The translations under genes were made by a program, and so were the position numbers. A stretch of 64,000 nucleotides of DNA from an uncultured Nitrososphaerales archaeon (GTDB taxonomy: Archaea > Thermoproteota > Nitrososphaeria > Nitrososphaerales > Gagatemarchaeaceae), in contig OY970160.1 in assembly GCA_963706445.1 (NCBI GenBank), forward strand, positions 480,001 to 544,000, given 5' to 3'. Shown here piece by piece: positions 29,504 through 38,702 of the stretch (positions within the stretch are counted from its first letter, which is position 1; every line of letters starts with the position of its first letter). The notes below the pieces were generated by a model that saw only the letters and a list, made by a program, of their open reading frames with translations, was not told the origin of the DNA and did not search any database.

Positions 29504-31996
29504 TCAGGACGCAGCCCGTGCGAGCCTGCGGTTCTCTTCCTTGAGCTCCTCGACCTCTGCCTTCAGCTTAGCGAGGGAAGCAGACCGCTCCATGGTGGCC
29601 GAAAGGTCATAGTACACCTCCAGGGCCTGCCGCTTTAGTCCAGGAATCCGGTCCTTCTTCGAGACTTCCGCTAAGGTGTCGGCGAGCCGGAGGTCGGCCA
29701 ACTCTCTCGCGACGGCGGAGATTAGGTATTGCCTCACCCTGAACTCCTTGTCATGCAGAATCATGTCCTTGAGGATCGGGAGCTCATCATCATCAATGTG
29801 CCCCTTCGCCTTTATTCCCTTCAGCGCTCCTATCCTCGCCCTGGTGGGCTTGCCGTAGGCAAGGTTCTCTTTGATGATCTCCTTCGCCTCCCCGTCCTTG
29901 AGCTTCCCCATCGCCTCGAGGCAAGCCTCTGTGAGCGTCTCGTTGACCGTATGGACCCCCATGGCCTTCCTCAACAGAGGGAGCGCGCCGTCCGGCATCG
30001 ATTTCGCCAAGGCCAGCGCAGCTTCGCACCTGACGTATGGGCTCTGATCCACCTCCAGGAGGCTTACAAGGATCTTCTGGGCCTTCTCGTCCTTGAAGTT
30101 CCCGAGGGCCTTCGCCAGCGCCCTCCTGACTTTCCTGTTGGACGGCAGTCCCATGCTTAGAAGCGCTTCGAGAGCGCCGTCGCTCCCGACCTCTCCCAAG
30201 GCCCTCAGGGCGCACGCCCTTACGTCCCAGAACTGCTCCTTTGATGCCGCAGTTTTCAGGGCTTCTACGACCCTGTCCGACGCCGTCTTGCCAAGGGCCA
30301 TGGCCGCTTCGGCCCTGCTGAATGCGTCCTGGCTCTGCGCAAGCTGGTTCTGGAGCAGGTCGATGGTCTTCTCGAACTTCACTTTCTTCAGGAGCCACTT
30401 CTGAGGGTCGAACTCTACCACCGACGGCTTCGAATCGAGGGTGAACACGAGAGTCTGGTCGGGGGAGTCCAGCCAGGTTCTGAACTTCCCGCGTTTTCCG
30501 TCCACATAGAATACGATGTCGCAGGGGAGCTTGAACACCGGCGTCCCGTCCCCGGTCTCCTGCGCCTGCTTGACCCTCAGAGTCGCGGTCTTTGCCCCGT
30601 CGTCCCAGGCGTACTCCACCCTGAACTCGGGGAACCCCGGCCTGTAGAATGCCTGCTCGAAGAACTCTTCCAGTGGGACCCCCGACGCCCTCTCCATGGA
30701 CTTCCTGAAGTCGTCGGTGTCCGCAGGCCCTTTCGCGTGAGCGTTCAGGAATCCGTTGACCCCTTTGAAGAAGCTCTCGTCACCCAGGACGAACCTGAGC
30801 TCGTGGAGCATCGCCGCCCCTTTTCTGTATGTGGTGTGGTCGAAGACGTCGTGGGGCCACACGTATTCCCTCTCGACAATGGGCCGCCTGTACTGGGACT
30901 CGTCCTCGTCGAAGTACTCTGACTCCCTGGCGCGCATCTCCCATCTCATCTCGTCAGCCCCCCTGCTCTGCTCGATGTACAGGGACTGGAGGTAGGTGGC
31001 CCAGCCCTCGTTGACCCAGGCGTGACACCAGTCTGAGCAGGTCACGTAGTCCCCGAACCACTGGTGGGCCAGCTCGTGGGCCACGAGGTTCACCGCCGTC
31101 TGCCACGGGGCTGCGTAGGACGGGCTGAAGTCCTCCTCGGAGCTCGCATCAGGGTAGTAGTTCATGGCGAGGGTTGTGGCGTTGAGGTTCTCCTCTCCGC
31201 CAGCCACGAAATCCTGGACGGTGGTCTGGTCGTACTTCTCGTATGGGTATTTGACCCCGGTAAGCCTGTTGAAGACCTCCATCATCTTCGGGGTCTCCCC
31301 GAAGTATCTGAGAACATCCTCCATCTTCGACTCGGGGAAGTTGTAGCGGAGCTTGACCCCCTCCGCATCCTGGGTTAGCTCCCCGAACTTCCCGGCAACG
31401 AAGGACGTCAGGTATGCGGAATGGGGAACTTCCTCTTTCCAATGGTAGGTGACCCCGTCCTCTCCTACCTCTGTCGAAAGCAGCTTACCGTTTGAGATCA
31501 CCCTGAACTCTTTCGGAACCGTGATGACCAATTCGCTGGTGGACTTTGCGCTTGGATGGTCATGGCATGGGTACCAGAAACAGGATGCCTCGGGCTCGCA
31601 GTGGGTCCAGGCCTGGACTTCCTTCTCGGGGTGCTCCCTGTCCGGCGAAGTGAAGTAGATTCCTTCCCGCGGGGTGGCTTTGTATCCGACCCTGATCTCG
31701 TGCTTTGACCCCCCCGGCGACAGAGGAAGTGTAAGTGTCCTGTTATCGTACTCGAAGGCTACCTCGCTCCCGTCGACCTCGCAGCTGCTGATGTCCATCT
31801 CGCAGGCATCGAGGTGAGCCCACCTCAGGTCCTCCCTGACCGGTTCGATGCTCAGGGTGCAAGAGCCTGATATCCCCTTCTTTTCGAAGTCGATTCCAAC
31901 TTCGACCTTGATGTGGGACGTGTGGAACTCAAGTGGAGGAGGGTAATGTGGCCTAGACTCCGGCAGGTGGAACGACTTGTGCGCCCCCGCTACCAT
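29504..31996 (-). CDS. pepN: M1 aminopeptidase with C-terminal HEAT repeats
   Basis: GGEEN, HELAHQWFG..NEG and Y.KGA motifs; HEAT repeats in the C-terminal third. Confidence 0.92.
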   Translation of the reverse strand: MVAGAHKSFHLPESRPHYPPPLEFHTSHIKVEVGIDFEKKGISGSCTLSIEPVREDLRWAHLDACEMDISSCEVDGSEVAFEYDNRTLTLPLSPGGSKHEIRVGYKATPREGIYFTSPDREHPEKEVQAWTHCEPEASCFWYPCHDHPSAKSTSELVITVPKEFRVISNGKLLSTEVGEDGVTYHWKEEVPHSAYLTSFVAGKFGELTQDAEGVKLRYNFPESKMEDVLRYFGETPKMMEVFNRLTGVKYPYEKYDQTTVQDFVAGGEENLNATTLAMNYYPDASSEEDFSPSYAAPWQTAVNLVAHELAHQWFGDYVTCSDWCHAWVNEGWATYLQSLYIEQSRGADEMRWEMRARESEYFDEDESQYRRPIVEREYVWPHDVFDHTTYRKGAAMLHELRFVLGDESFFKGVNGFLNAHAKGPADTDDFRKSMERASGVPLEEFFEQAFYRPGFPEFRVEYAWDDGAKTATLRVKQAQETGDGTPVFKLPCDIVFYVDGKRGKFRTWLDSPDQTLVFTLDSKPSVVEFDPQKWLLKKVKFEKTIDLLQNQLAQSQDAFSRAEAAMALGKTASDRVVEALKTAASKEQFWDVRACALRALGEVGSDGALEALLSMGLPSNRKVRRALAKALGNFKDEKAQKILVSLLEVDQSPYVRCEAALALAKSMPDGALPLLRKAMGVHTVNETLTEACLEAMGKLKDGEAKEIIKENLAYGKPTRARIGALKGIKAKGHIDDDELPILKDMILHDKEFRVRQYLISAVARELADLRLADTLAEVSKKDRIPGLKRQALEVYYDLSATMERSASLAKLKAEVEELKEENRRLARAAS

Positions 31997-32078
31997 GCAT
32001 CGCGTCGCCCGTCGGAGACTTCAAAAGACTTTCGAGCCTTCCATACTTTGAAATACGCAACCCGGACGCGCGACAAGC

Positions 32079-32474
32079 ATGGTCTCGCTAGCGAGGTCGA
32101 TTCAGGGCGTAATACTCTTCTCAACAGTGCTTGGCGTCTTCTTCCTGTGGCAGGCCTATCCGCTGCTGCCGACAGACGTCTTCTACTTCATCGCGTTTGG
32201 GTGGGTGCTCTTCCTCGTCGACAGTGTCCTCACTTTCGTCAAGCCTCGGGTATCGTACTACTTCGGGATGGCCCTTGGAGTCATCGCCCTGGGTGAAACG
32301 CTCTCGCAGCCTGAGCACTACCAGCTCGTCGCAAACGGGAACGTCCCTGCGACCATCATCCTGGTCCTCGGCTCGACCGCGGAAGCGCTGCTAATCGTGC
32401 TGGTCGCCATCTATATCATGGCGGAGAGGCGGAAGGACCCCTGGGCTTGGCCTGGTGCAAAGTCTCCAGCCTGA
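32079..32474 (+). CDS. Hypothetical four-TM membrane protein
   Basis: Hydrophobic ORF with upstream TTTGAAATA box. Confidence 0.7.
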   Translation: MVSLARSIQGVILFSTVLGVFFLWQAYPLLPTDVFYFIAFGWVLFLVDSVLTFVKPRVSYYFGMALGVIALGETLSQPEHYQLVANGNVPATIILVLGSTAEALLIVLVAIYIMAERRKDPWAWPGAKSPA

Positions 32475-32671
32475 CAGCGGCCGTTGGTAGAGCTCTCAAG
32501 GACTCAAGCTTCCCGTCGACCCGCACCAGATTGCTGAAGGCTACGGCAAGGAGGAACGTCGAAGGCTGGGAGCTGAACTATTTCCTTTCGGAGGCGCTCA
32601 TGCGGACGAGATACGCCGACCTGAAGTCAGTGATCGACGACCTAGACGAGTGGCTAGAGGCTCAGGGCTAA
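32447..32671 (+). CDS. Small DUF2795-like protein
   Basis: L...FP.TR..LL..A pattern and Y...V C-terminus. Confidence 0.45.
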   Translation: MAWCKVSSLTAAVGRALKDSSFPSTRTRLLKATARRNVEGWELNYFLSEALMRTRYADLKSVIDDLDEWLEAQG

Positions 32672-34989
32672 AGGTAGCCCCAGCTCAGGAGCTTGTCGCT
32701 GTCGTGGGTCCACCGCTGGCCGATGTCGTTCCGATAGAACATGTTGGGTATCATCACGTTCGTCACGTTCTGATACGCCTTCTCTATGGCATCTGCCATG
32801 GTGGCCCCGGAGCCTGTGACGACTAGCGCGTAGCCAGAGTTCCCTGCAATGTGCCAGTCCCCCTCCTCAAGCTTGACCTCTCCTATGTGAATGCCGTCTA
32901 GGCTCTGGCGCCTGAAAAGTATTGTCGCCCCCTCGGAGTATTTCTTGAACGCCTTCTCGTCCTCGAAGGGCCAGGGAGGTATGGCTACCACGACCCCTAT
33001 CTGGTAGCCCTTCTTCGTCTTGAGCTGGGTCTCGTTACCGCGGGCGATGTCGTTGAGAAATGGGCCCCATTCGCTCGTGATGCCCTCCATCTGGATACTT
33101 ATCGTAGGAAAACCGAAACGCGAGGTCCATTCAAGCGGCCATATGCCCTTGCTGTTGACTATGCAGTTGATATCGATGTATCCGACGTATTTGCTTGCGG
33201 CGAGCTTCTCCTTGGTCTTCAGCAAAGTCCTCTCAAACACCGGACTGTCCTTCGTGTAGTACATGCCTGTGTTACCACACCAGACCGGTTTTCCGTTTCG
33301 TCTAACATACATCACGTGGTTCTTCACAGTTGCACAATAGACCTTACCGTTGTAATCAACGACACTTGAATCTCTTCTATCCAACCACGAATTGAGTCTC
33401 TGCACTCGTTCGTGGACTTCATACTGCGTGTTGGAACCGTCTGCGAAATGGTCAACGATCCACAGCCTTCCCCTCCCCTTCCTCGCTTTTACTATCCCAA
33501 GTCGTCCTGCCTTCAAGAGGAGCTCTTGGATATCGTCCCCTAGGCGTCGGGATGATGTGTAGAATATCCGGAACCCCTTTCGCATCAAAGTAGCGTCACC
33601 CTTTGAGAACCAGTCCAAAAAAATCCGAACTTGCCTTGAAGACAGCCCCTTGACGAAATCTGGGACGTATTTCTGCGGTGCCTCCCCGAACCGCCTGAGG
33701 TAGGTGCAGAGTTGCTTGTCATAACAGTAGAAACCAGCTTCGTTCGTGGTGAACTTGAAAGGAAGGCTGTCTACGATGACTTGGATTTGCTTTCGAAGGG
33801 CAGGTTTGGTCTGCGATATCTTCACTTGGTAGTTCGGACCGTCTTGGGTTGCAGCCCCGTCAGAGAGCCAAACACCGAAGAAAGCAAGCCACCTGTCCAT
33901 GGGTACAGATATCTCACCAGATTCATGGAAGACCACTTGACGACCACTCACATGTCCAATCTGAACCGAAGGTAGAACAAAGGATACAACTTCATCCCCC
34001 GCCCAATTGCCGGTTCGCTTGACTACGCTCTGCGATTGAAGATCCTTTGCCTTGACGAACTCGAACTTGTTCCTGCGCTTCCGAGCATTCTGCTGCGTTT
34101 CTACGTACATGTTATGATCTAAGGTCACCATAAGGTCTATCGTGCGGTTGCGAATTGAAATCAGTTTATTGTGATGAGTGAATGCCACAAGGGCCTCAGG
34201 CTTCTGATATTCTATTCCGTGATTGTTCGGATTGAGGGTGCATATCTCATCTTGGTAGGTGACATCAGAGAACAATTTCCAGCCTGCCTTCGTCAGCACC
34301 TCTGTTTCATCGTCATAGCACCCCATTTCTCCGGTGCTTGGGCCTAGTTCATCGGGGAAGAGTCTCTTGTGCTCGAAGTTGACGCACACCGGCATCACGA
34401 AGTCCTTTCCGTTGAAGAAAGCCCCAACCGCAATCTCCACGCCGTCGGCGAACTTCTGCATCTGGAACTCTTTGATCTTCTTGGACCAGTTCGTCTTGTA
34501 GTGCTCCAGGACCTGCAGGATGTCCTTGCCGTCCGCCTCCTGACCGATGAAAAGGAGCTCCTTCTCGTTCTGGGCCTTTCCGCTCGGTTTGAGTACGTAC
34601 CTGTCGGGGTTCTTGGTCACAAATTCAATCGCTTCATCGAATGAAGTGAAGTTCCAGCTTGGAAGGATGTCGACACCAACCGAATTGAGCTCCGACTGCC
34701 CGAACTCCCTGTCAAGCTCGAGCTTGTCAGTGTATGGGCTCCCTCCAACCACGAACTTTCCTTCATTCCTGAGCTGGTCCGCCTTGGTCCCAAAGCCGAT
34801 GTCGTCGAAGATTATGATATCAGCCCAGTCCTTTAGCGAATCCCATTCCTCGACTTTCTCGAAGAAGCCGAGCCCGACGTCCTTCTCGCCCTGGCCGTGG
34901 CAGTACATCTTGACCTCCTGTCCTTCTTTCTTCAGCTGCCATGCCAAATCTGCAGAAAGACTTTCGTTGGTGACGAAAAGAAATTTCAT
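32668..34989 (-). CDS. PurD-like ATP-grasp ligase containing an intein
   Basis: LELDREFG, YVLKPSG, FEHKRLF...GPSTGEMG and LEWTSRFGFP motifs; lacks the GSGGREHA motif of canonical PurD. Confidence 0.85.
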   Translation of the reverse strand: MKFLFVTNESLSADLAWQLKKEGQEVKMYCHGQGEKDVGLGFFEKVEEWDSLKDWADIIIFDDIGFGTKADQLRNEGKFVVGGSPYTDKLELDREFGQSELNSVGVDILPSWNFTSFDEAIEFVTKNPDRYVLKPSGKAQNEKELLFIGQEADGKDILQVLEHYKTNWSKKIKEFQMQKFADGVEIAVGAFFNGKDFVMPVCVNFEHKRLFPDELGPSTGEMGCYDDETEVLTKAGWKLFSDVTYQDEICTLNPNNHGIEYQKPEALVAFTHHNKLISIRNRTIDLMVTLDHNMYVETQQNARKRRNKFEFVKAKDLQSQSVVKRTGNWAGDEVVSFVLPSVQIGHVSGRQVVFHESGEISVPMDRWLAFFGVWLSDGAATQDGPNYQVKISQTKPALRKQIQVIVDSLPFKFTTNEAGFYCYDKQLCTYLRRFGEAPQKYVPDFVKGLSSRQVRIFLDWFSKGDATLMRKGFRIFYTSSRRLGDDIQELLLKAGRLGIVKARKGRGRLWIVDHFADGSNTQYEVHERVQRLNSWLDRRDSSVVDYNGKVYCATVKNHVMYVRRNGKPVWCGNTGMYYTKDSPVFERTLLKTKEKLAASKYVGYIDINCIVNSKGIWPLEWTSRFGFPTISIQMEGITSEWGPFLNDIARGNETQLKTKKGYQIGVVVAIPPWPFEDEKAFKKYSEGATILFRRQSLDGIHIGEVKLEEGDWHIAGNSGYALVVTGSGATMADAIEKAYQNVTNVMIPNMFYRNDIGQRWTHDSDKLLSWGYL
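33271..34320 (-). mobile_element. 350-aa intein with LAGLIDADG homing endonuclease
   Basis: G|CYDDETEVLT (block A), VTLDH (B), FFGVWLSDG (C), KYVP (D), FLDWFSKGD (E), TSS..L..DIQELLL (H), YNGKVYC.TV..H...VRRNGK..WCGN|T (F/G); more AT-rich than the flanks. Confidence 0.95.
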
Positions 34990-35073
34990 CCGTCATCAAT
35001 CAACGATTGTCCTCGTTAATATCTCTTGACGGAATTACATTTTCTGAAACTGTCTCGACATCTTCCTGGTCGA

Positions 35074-36450
35074 TCAGGTCCCGTGACTGACTATTGCAAA
35101 GTCGAGTGCCTCCCCGAACTTTTCCAAAGTTTTCTGGACATCAATCTCCGAATGGGAAAGGGAAAGGCAGTACCTGTTCTCTGGTTTGAGGTACACGCCC
35201 TCAGAAATCAACGCTAGGTCGATGAACCTCCTGAGCCTTAGGTCAGATTCTCTGACGTCGCGGTAGTTCCTGACTCTCCTTTCAGTCAGGTAGAAGTTGA
35301 ACATCGCCCCCTCTCCCGCCATATCGTGGCGCAGGCCCCTGCTCTTGAGCTCCTTGGAGATTCCACGCTTGAGGGTCTGTGTCCTGGAAAGGAGCACATC
35401 GAACCTTCTTGGCTTCATTATCTCCTCAACTGTGGCCTTCCCCGCCGCGACTGAGAGGGGGTTGCCGTTGAACGTCCCCGAATGAAAGACCCTCCGACCC
35501 TCAGCCTCCCTCGGGTCAAGCTGGGCCATGATTTCGGTGTCCCCCACTACCGCCCCGATGGGCAGACCTCCACCCATTATCTTCCCAAGGCATGCAAGGT
35601 CGGGGACAATCGAATAGTACTCCGAGGCTCCCCCCGGCCTTACCCTGAAGCCGGTCTTTACTTCGTCAAAAACCAGGGGGATCCGAAAGTCCTTTGTTAG
35701 CGTTCGAAGGTTTTTCATGAAGGAGCGGTCCCCCGCAATGACTCCCTCCTCGAATGGCTCCAGAATGACGCATGCCAGTTCCTTTGAACGGCCCGAGATC
35801 AGCCTCTCCGTCGACTCCCAGTCGTTGAACGGCAAGACGAGAGATTCCCCGAGCATCCCATGATCGACGTCGGCGCTGTCCCCTATCGGGACTGGAGAGG
35901 TCGCCTTCCCTGCCTTGACGACGGACGGGGTGTAGCTGAAAAGTAGTGTGTCGACAGCTCCATGATAGTGGCCTTCGAATTTCGCGACCATCCGTCGGCC
36001 GGTGAAAGCCTTGGCGAGCCTGACCGCGAGAAGGGTCGCCTCCAGGCCTGAATTGGTGAACCTGATAGCCCCTCCGGGGTGGTACATGTCTCGAATTGTC
36101 CTGCCAAACTCGATCTCGGCTCCCGTGGGAGTGCCGGTAACCGTTGTCCCCGTCGAGTCCAGGACTGCCTCGATGGCGGCCCTCACCACTCGAGAACCAT
36201 GCCCAAGGATCAGCGCACCGTAGCTCATCAGGTAGTCGATGTACTCGTTCTTGTCGACGTCCCAGATGTGCGAACCACTTGTGCGCTTCATGAAGACCGG
36301 ATAGGGGTCGAAGTACTTGATTCCTGCCATGACGCCCCCGGGGGTTACTCTTTCCGCAGTCCGGAACATCTTCGCCGAGGTCCGCGTCTTCGCCCTGAAC
36401 CGCTCGATGACGGTTTTTTCATCGATCTGGGACAATTGCGTGTCCTTCAC
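35074..36450 (-). CDS. Class III aminotransferase (glutamate-1-semialdehyde aminomutase-like)
   Basis: NSGLEAT, KFEGHYHG, FDEVKTGFR, LGKIMGGGLP and HSGTFNGNP motifs. Confidence 0.88.
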   Translation of the reverse strand: MKDTQLSQIDEKTVIERFRAKTRTSAKMFRTAERVTPGGVMAGIKYFDPYPVFMKRTSGSHIWDVDKNEYIDYLMSYGALILGHGSRVVRAAIEAVLDSTGTTVTGTPTGAEIEFGRTIRDMYHPGGAIRFTNSGLEATLLAVRLAKAFTGRRMVAKFEGHYHGAVDTLLFSYTPSVVKAGKATSPVPIGDSADVDHGMLGESLVLPFNDWESTERLISGRSKELACVILEPFEEGVIAGDRSFMKNLRTLTKDFRIPLVFDEVKTGFRVRPGGASEYYSIVPDLACLGKIMGGGLPIGAVVGDTEIMAQLDPREAEGRRVFHSGTFNGNPLSVAAGKATVEEIMKPRRFDVLLSRTQTLKRGISKELKSRGLRHDMAGEGAMFNFYLTERRVRNYRDVRESDLRLRRFIDLALISEGVYLKPENRYCLSLSHSEIDVQKTLEKFGEALDFAIVSHGT

Positions 36451-36590
36451 TAAGGTCGAGAACTTAAAGCGTCTTCGGAGTCGAATGCTTGACGGGCCAT
36501 CCCCGGGAGATGCGCGGACCCTCTCGCAAACAGCCCCCTCACTTATTAGGGAAGCTCAATAAAGCGGGCGTTGTGTCTGGAAAGCCTCCG

Positions 36591-37280
36591 ATGCAGAGGA
36601 ACAAGGCTGCTGTCCGAGTGGCCGTTATCCTTGTCATCTTCATACTAATTGCCGCCGCCGGAATAGCCATCGGGTACGGTTTCGGCACGACCGTCCAGAT
36701 TTCAGCCCAGGGGACTACGGTGACCACGACAGCCTCGGGCTCGAACTCGTCCGCGCCCTATGTCCTGACCCTTGTGATATCAACCGGCAACTATTACAAC
36801 TCGACATTCGGGGACCAGCCTGCCTACTATGTGCTGGGTCCCAACGGTTTGCAGTCCTCGGCGCAGATCGTCATACCGGCCAACAGACAGATTGAGCTCG
36901 TAATCGTCAACTACGACGATGGCTTGGCCAATCTCACGAGCTCCCAGTTAGCGAACGTGGCGGGGACGGTCAACGACCAGATGACACTCGTAAACAACTC
37001 CCAGATCAATTCCACGATGGCTTCTTCAGGGATACAGCTGCGTGGAGGAGAGACCGTCGGGAGCCTGCCCGTCTCTGAGATCTCGCACACGTTTACAATC
37101 CCGTCTCTTGGCATAAACGTCCCAGTCGGGACCTCTTCGACTGAAGTGGTCTACTTCACAGTCAAGTCCTCAGGCACCTATGCCTGGTTCTGCATGACCG
37201 CTTGCGGGGGAGGGGCCACGGGGTTAGGCGGAGCCATGGCGACCCCCGGGTGGATGGCTGGCTCCCTCGTGGTCCTGTAG
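36591..37280 (+). CDS. Membrane-anchored cupredoxin (COX2/sulfocyanin-like) with CuA-like motif
   Basis: N-terminal TM and S/T linker; HTFTIP..GINVP...G.Y.W.CMTACG...M...GWMAG. Confidence 0.75.
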   Translation: MQRNKAAVRVAVILVIFILIAAAGIAIGYGFGTTVQISAQGTTVTTTASGSNSSAPYVLTLVISTGNYYNSTFGDQPAYYVLGPNGLQSSAQIVIPANRQIELVIVNYDDGLANLTSSQLANVAGTVNDQMTLVNNSQINSTMASSGIQLRGGETVGSLPVSEISHTFTIPSLGINVPVGTSSTEVVYFTVKSSGTYAWFCMTACGGGATGLGGAMATPGWMAGSLVVL

Positions 37281-37387
37281 ACAAGAGAGTTCAGTCAGAT
37301 GAACTGGCAGGCGATACTGCTGGGGGCTATTCTCACTTTTGAGAACCGTACGAGGCACTTATATCTCGAATTCCGGGAGAAATTAGG

Positions 37388-38698
37388 GTGCCGAGTTTCC
37401 GCCAGGCCCTAACAGGTGGGGCAGTCATCACGATCCTTCTCCTGATGGTCGCGGCGCCGCCAGTGGCAGCTCAGGCCCAGCACGTCCAAGCAACCCCAGG
37501 GTACATCAACCTTGGAATGAGCACGTTCATCCTAGTGACCGCTCCGGCCGCGGGCTCCTACTCGGTCGTAGTTCAACAGCCCAACGGGACGGAATCAACC
37601 CTCAGCTTCAACCCCACGTCATCGGGACAGGTGCTGAACGCCACCTACGGGAACTTGACCGAGGGATTCAAAGCCCTGGTCGACCAGGCTGGAACTTACA
37701 ACGTCTTCCTTGAGCAGGGGAGCCAGGTAGTCTCCTCCACATCATTCTACGCGACCAACCAACTCCGGATATCAATCGAAGTGGTCATTGCCGGGACGTG
37801 CGACTACGTGTCGGGAGTGACGAGAGGGTCAAGGGAAATTTCTCACATCTTCATCGCCTATGCTTCGAATGACGCCCCGTGGAACAACACCGCGAAGGGC
37901 GCATCCGTTTACGGTCTCCTGCCCAGCGGCCAATGGACAGCCGCCACCTGGGACCCTTACTCCGTTGCGTGGCACATTGGGATTTATCCGAATTGGAACT
38001 ACACCTTCGTCGGGCCTTGGAACCCTGTCATCAACGCTAGCGACGCCGCCGGGAACACGGGGACCCTCAAGTACACTGGGAGCCCATTCACCATCAGCCC
38101 CGTCGAACTGGGCACTAGCATAACAGTTGTGAACGCAACCTCGGGTCTGGCGGTCACGAACCTCGTGAACGGTCAGACAGTTACGATCCAGGCCACCATC
38201 GCTTATCCGACCAATGTAGAGCCCGTCAGCGGTTTCGTTGCCCCTCTTAGTCCCACCCGTGGCGGTTCCGTTTCGACTCAGGTTGGGTGGGGTTACTACA
38301 ACACGACCTCGGGGACTTTCGGAGGGACAAAGCTGCCTGGTGCCCTACTCGGGACAGTCCCGATGGCATACTCGGGCAACAGCACCATCGGGGCATGGAC
38401 TGGGCAGTTCGTGTCGAGCTCTCTTCCCAAACTGCAGCCGGGATACGCCTACGAGGTAGTAGTCACGTCCAAGGACGGCGCGTCGCCCGCAAACACAGGG
38501 TTCGGGATGGAAATCCTCTCCCCCGCTTCCTCGACGGTGACCACAATCTCGACCACCGCCACACAAACTGCCACAACTACCGCCACACAAACGTCCACGC
38601 AGACGGTGCAAGCGATTCCTGATGCCGTCTATGCCGCCTTGGCAATTCTGCTGATAGTCGGCGTGCTCATAGGCTATATCGTCAGGGTTCCGAGGTAG
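37388..38698 (+). CDS. Secreted beta-rich surface protein with Thr-rich stalk and C-terminal TM anchor
   Basis: Signal peptide, many N-x-S/T sequons, TTATQTATT linker, IPD-TM-R tail. Confidence 0.8.
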   Translation: MPSFRQALTGGAVITILLLMVAAPPVAAQAQHVQATPGYINLGMSTFILVTAPAAGSYSVVVQQPNGTESTLSFNPTSSGQVLNATYGNLTEGFKALVDQAGTYNVFLEQGSQVVSSTSFYATNQLRISIEVVIAGTCDYVSGVTRGSREISHIFIAYASNDAPWNNTAKGASVYGLLPSGQWTAATWDPYSVAWHIGIYPNWNYTFVGPWNPVINASDAAGNTGTLKYTGSPFTISPVELGTSITVVNATSGLAVTNLVNGQTVTIQATIAYPTNVEPVSGFVAPLSPTRGGSVSTQVGWGYYNTTSGTFGGTKLPGALLGTVPMAYSGNSTIGAWTGQFVSSSLPKLQPGYAYEVVVTSKDGASPANTGFGMEILSPASSTVTTISTTATQTATTTATQTSTQTVQAIPDAVYAALAILLIVGVLIGYIVRVPR

Positions 38699-38702
38699 TC
38701 CG

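Noticed and set aside
37299-37412. Small ORF MNWQAILLGAILTFE... in the gap after the cupredoxin
   Set aside because: It overlaps the promoter and start of the next gene and has no supporting signals
38550-38605. Short ACC/ACA-rich repeats as a possible array
   Set aside because: They encode the Thr-rich stalk; no CRISPR-like repeat-spacer array was seen anywhere in the window
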